Part shown: piece by piece, positions 61,123 to 64,000 of the stretch | Layout: each line of letters opens with the position of its first letter | Position numbering within the stretch: position 1 is the first letter of the stretch | Assembly: GCA_048938855.1 (NCBI GenBank) | Contig: JBHLLT010000016.1 | Location: 123 to 64,122 of the forward strand | Length of the DNA: 64,000 nucleotides | Source of the DNA: Promethearchaeota archaeon | GTDB lineage: Archaea; Asgardarchaeota; Lokiarchaeia; Sigyniarchaeales; SOKP01 | Reading direction: 5' to 3' | Translations under genes and position numbers: made by a program | Notes under the pieces: model-generated | Database searches by the model: none | What the model was told of the DNA's origin: nothing | Seen by the model: only the letters and a program-made list of their open reading frames with translations

Positions 61123-62001
61123 ATGTTATTTCATGATTGGTTAAAAGATGATTCAAAAATTATACTTTTTGATGGAGGATTTGGGAGTGAATTAATCAAA
61201 AGGGGTTTAGAATCAGGAAAAATCCCTGATATTTTAAATATTGAACAACCAAATATAATATCTGAAATCCATCAATCTTATTATGATGTTGGTTCGGATA
61301 TGTGTCAAACCAATACTTTTGGTTCAACTCCCTTAAATTTATCTCGTCATAATCTTGAAAATCGAATAGAAGATATTATTGAGAATGCAATAAAAAATAT
61401 ACAAAAAGTTTGCCCATCAGGATGTTTGATTGTTGGAGATATTGGTCCAACAGGCGAATTTAGGCCACCAGTAGGGAATGCTTCAATTGATCAATGGTAT
61501 TCAAGTTATTCAACTCAAGTTAAATTACTAGAAAAAGGAGTGGATCTTTGGCATATTGAGACAATTTCAGATCTTGAAGAAATGTTAGCTGCAATAAAAG
61601 CCGTACGAGAAGTTTCTAAAAAAGCCTTGATTGCTTCAATCACGTATAAAAAGACAAAAAGAGGATTCTTTACAATTATGGGGGATTCATTAGAAAAATG
61701 TATAGAAACCTTGAATCATGAAGAAGTAGATGTTATTGGAGCAAATTGCACAATAGGATCCAATGATATGCTTGAATTACTAAAACTAGCTAAAAACTAT
61801 ACTAGTAAACCTTTTTCTGTTAAACCTAATGCTGGTCAACCCATTGTTGAAAACGGTAAGACTTATTATTATCAACCTGTAGAAGAATTCGCCAGTGACA
61901 TACATGAAATGATTAAACTTGGAGCGAAAATAGTAGGAGGATGTTGTGGTACTTCACCAAAAACAATAATGTCAATTAGAAATATTATAGATTCAATTTA
62001 A
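61123..62001 (+). CDS. homocysteine S-methyltransferase-domain protein (zinc-thiol methyltransferase, MetH N-terminal-domain-like)
   Basis: 292 aa. LFDGGFGSEL, QTNTFG, GANC and GGCCGT (three Zn-ligand Cys) are the Pfam S-methyl_trans pattern. Confidence 0.8.
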   Translation: MLFHDWLKDDSKIILFDGGFGSELIKRGLESGKIPDILNIEQPNIISEIHQSYYDVGSDMCQTNTFGSTPLNLSRHNLENRIEDIIENAIKNIQKVCPSGCLIVGDIGPTGEFRPPVGNASIDQWYSSYSTQVKLLEKGVDLWHIETISDLEEMLAAIKAVREVSKKALIASITYKKTKRGFFTIMGDSLEKCIETLNHEEVDVIGANCTIGSNDMLELLKLAKNYTSKPFSVKPNAGQPIVENGKTYYYQPVEEFASDIHEMIKLGAKIVGGCCGTSPKTIMSIRNIIDSI

Positions 62002-62010
62002 AAATAAAAA

Positions 62011-63453
62011 ATGAAAGAGAATGTAATTATGTCAATAATTAGACCAAAGATAAAAATATTAGATGATAACCATAAGCAAAAGATTTTAGAAGAAGCTAAG
62101 ATGATTCTCGAAACTCAAGGAGTTTTTATAGAAAATCATGAAGCAATCGAGATGTTTAATAAGCATGGCATTAATCACGAAGGTTTGCGCTATTATATCC
62201 CACCAGATTTGATAAATAAATCTTTGAGTACTGTACCGAGTGAAATTACTCTTTATGATCGAGAAGGAAATAAGCATAGCGCATTGAAGGGGGATAACAT
62301 TAACTACGATCCAGGATCAGCAGCAATTTTTATACTTGATGAGGAAACAGGAGATATAAGGGAAGGACTGTCAAAAGATTTCATAAGATTCTCTAAAATT
62401 GTTGAACAATTGGAATTTATTGATGCTCAAAGTACAGCTTTAATTTATAAAGATGTACCAAAAGACGCTCAAGATTGGCATAGATTATATTTAGCGCTAT
62501 CTAATTGTTATAAACCTGTCGTAACTGGAACATTCCGTAAAGAAAGTTTCTCAATAATGCGCGAAATCCTATTAGCATGTAGATTATCAGAAGATGATTT
62601 GGCGAAAAAACCACTCGCTATTTTTGATGCATGTCCTAGTCCACCTCTCAAATGGTCAGATCTTACAACTCAATCATTAATAGATGCAGCAAAAAGTATG
62701 ATTCCATCAGAATTTGTTTCAATGCCATTAGCAGGAGCAAATGCTCCGATTACTTTAATTGGGTCCATTACTCAACATTGTGCAGAATGTCTTGCTGGAG
62801 TAGTAATTGCTCAACTCACTAATAACGGAGCACCATTAGTATGGGGAGGTTCTCCTGCTGTTTTTGATATGAAACATGGAACAACCCCAATGGGTGCTAT
62901 AGAAACGATGATGATAAACTTAGGAGATGTTGAAATAGGCAAATTCTTGAATTTGCCAACACATGCATATATGTCCCTTAGTGATGCTAAGATTCCTGAT
63001 AATCAAGCTGGTTTTGAAGCAGGTATGGGTGCTTTATTAGCAGGTTTAGCAGGAATTAACATGATTTCAGGTCCTGGAATGCTTGATTTTGAATCAACTC
63101 AAAGTATTGAAAAGATAATTATTGATAATGAAATCATTGGGATGGTTAAAAGATTAATTCAGGGGATTGAAGATCATGGGTCACCATTTGCTTCAGATAT
63201 TCTAAAAGATTATGATAATACACAAGAACTATTGTCTCATACCTCAACATTAAAGTACTTTAGAAAAGAATTATTTTTTCCTAGTCCAATAGTGGATAGA
63301 ATGACTCGTGATTCATGGAAGGATAGTGGTTCAAAATCTACTAGAGGTAGAGCTAAGGAAGAAGCAATTAAGTTATTAAAGAAAAGCTCTATTAAACCAA
63401 TTGAGGATATTTTATTGAAGGAATTTGATAAAATAGTCAGATCATACTTATAA
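62011..63453 (+). CDS. MttB-superfamily methyltransferase, non-pyrrolysine member
   Basis: 480 aa, uninterrupted with no in-frame TAG. The N-terminal ...ILDDNHKQKILEEAKMILETQGVFIENHEAIEMFNKHG and the overall length fit the trimethylamine methyltransferase (MttB) family. Confidence 0.75.
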   Translation: MKENVIMSIIRPKIKILDDNHKQKILEEAKMILETQGVFIENHEAIEMFNKHGINHEGLRYYIPPDLINKSLSTVPSEITLYDREGNKHSALKGDNINYDPGSAAIFILDEETGDIREGLSKDFIRFSKIVEQLEFIDAQSTALIYKDVPKDAQDWHRLYLALSNCYKPVVTGTFRKESFSIMREILLACRLSEDDLAKKPLAIFDACPSPPLKWSDLTTQSLIDAAKSMIPSEFVSMPLAGANAPITLIGSITQHCAECLAGVVIAQLTNNGAPLVWGGSPAVFDMKHGTTPMGAIETMMINLGDVEIGKFLNLPTHAYMSLSDAKIPDNQAGFEAGMGALLAGLAGINMISGPGMLDFESTQSIEKIIIDNEIIGMVKRLIQGIEDHGSPFASDILKDYDNTQELLSHTSTLKYFRKELFFPSPIVDRMTRDSWKDSGSKSTRGRAKEEAIKLLKKSSIKPIEDILLKEFDKIVRSYL

Positions 63454-63549
63454 TAACACTTTTTATATCTTTTGTTTAAAAATAAATTTTTAAATATCTA
63501 ATCTATTGATTATTTTAAAGGTTATCATCTAAAAGATTTTAATTACGTA

Positions 63550-64000
63550 ATGGCTATTGAGATTATTTTTATATTTGTAATGTTATGTTATCTAGTTTTG
63601 CTTTTAATTGGTATTTTTATTTTCTATCGAATGCTAAAAACAAAATTATTTAATCTCTTTGGATTAGCTATGTTTTTCATAGCATATCCATTAACATTCT
63701 TCTCTCAATTTATCTCTCCTAATTTAATCTACCCAATAGTTGCAGAAAGTTCTTTGATATTCATATTAATCTTTGTTGAAGAAACTTTTTATAAGGGTTT
63801 AAAGAGTCCATTCCTGTTCCTACTACTTATATTTATAATTTTAAATATAATTGATTCAGCTTTTCGATTTCAATTTGGATTTAAAATCCCTCTAACATTT
63901 TCAATTTCATCTGCACTGGTAATCCCCTATTATAGTTTTGCATTTATCGTCTCATCTCAAATCACAATAACAATGGTTTGGTTTTTATATTCTACTTTAA
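63550..64000 (+). CDS. integral membrane protein, N-terminal part (runs off the window)
   Basis: The ATG at 63550 gives MAIEIIFIFVMLCYLVLLLIGIFIFYRMLK.... The frame stays open to position 64000 through several hydrophobic segments. It is not in the ORF track because there is no stop codon in the window. Confidence 0.5.
   Translation, partial: MAIEIIFIFVMLCYLVLLLIGIFIFYRMLKTKLFNLFGLAMFFIAYPLTFFSQFISPNLIYPIVAESSLIFILIFVEETFYKGLKSPFLFLLLIFIILNIIDSAFRFQFGFKIPLTFSISSALVIPYYSFAFIVSSQITITMVWFLYSTL

Overview
This is an AT-rich (about 30% GC by eye), densely coding archaeal chromosome segment with about 50 protein genes and one intron-containing tRNA. I saw no rRNA, CRISPR array, transposase or integrase. 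The gene content points to an Asgard (Lokiarchaeia-like) archaeon: archaeal histone, ribosomal protein eS25, Bud23-like methyltransferase, UGA/selenocysteine-containing HdrA and MvhD, Arf/Rag-like small GTPases with roadblock/longin-type extensions, a gelsolin-like protein, three HEAT+LRR paralogues and a ubiquitin-like Gly-Gly protein. Housekeeping and metabolic genes are interspersed: GH2 beta-galactosidase, GPH symporter, ADP-forming acyl-CoA synthetase, aminotransferases, ATP-dependent DNA ligase, HisRS, PyrF, a RuBisCO-like protein, AMP phosphorylase and a corrinoid/MttB methyltransferase module. The main candidate for an undescribed system lies at 22.9-39.9 kb. It is three tandem paralogous two-gene modules, each a 1200-1460 aa single-pass surface protein with a conserved cytoplasmic tail, translationally coupled to a ~370 aa cytoplasmic protein. 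A divergently encoded small GTPase with a longin-like N-terminal domain sits between modules 2 and 3. Other notable signals: (1) a 30-nt stop-containing insertion inside the invariant HSTGG motif of AMP phosphorylase that folds into a near-canonical bulge-helix-bulge motif, a candidate mRNA intron; (2) four in-frame TGA codons at conserved Cys positions in hdrA-mvhD, with a candidate SECIS-like hairpin downstream; (3) a Rag-like GTPase gene broken by a -1 frameshift at a T_TTT_TTA heptamer; (4) a 26-nt homopolymer in front of a start-less zinc-ribbon reading frame; (5) a HisC-like aminotransferase whose PLP lysine is replaced by Thr. All functional calls rest on motif recognition by eye, because no database search was possible.
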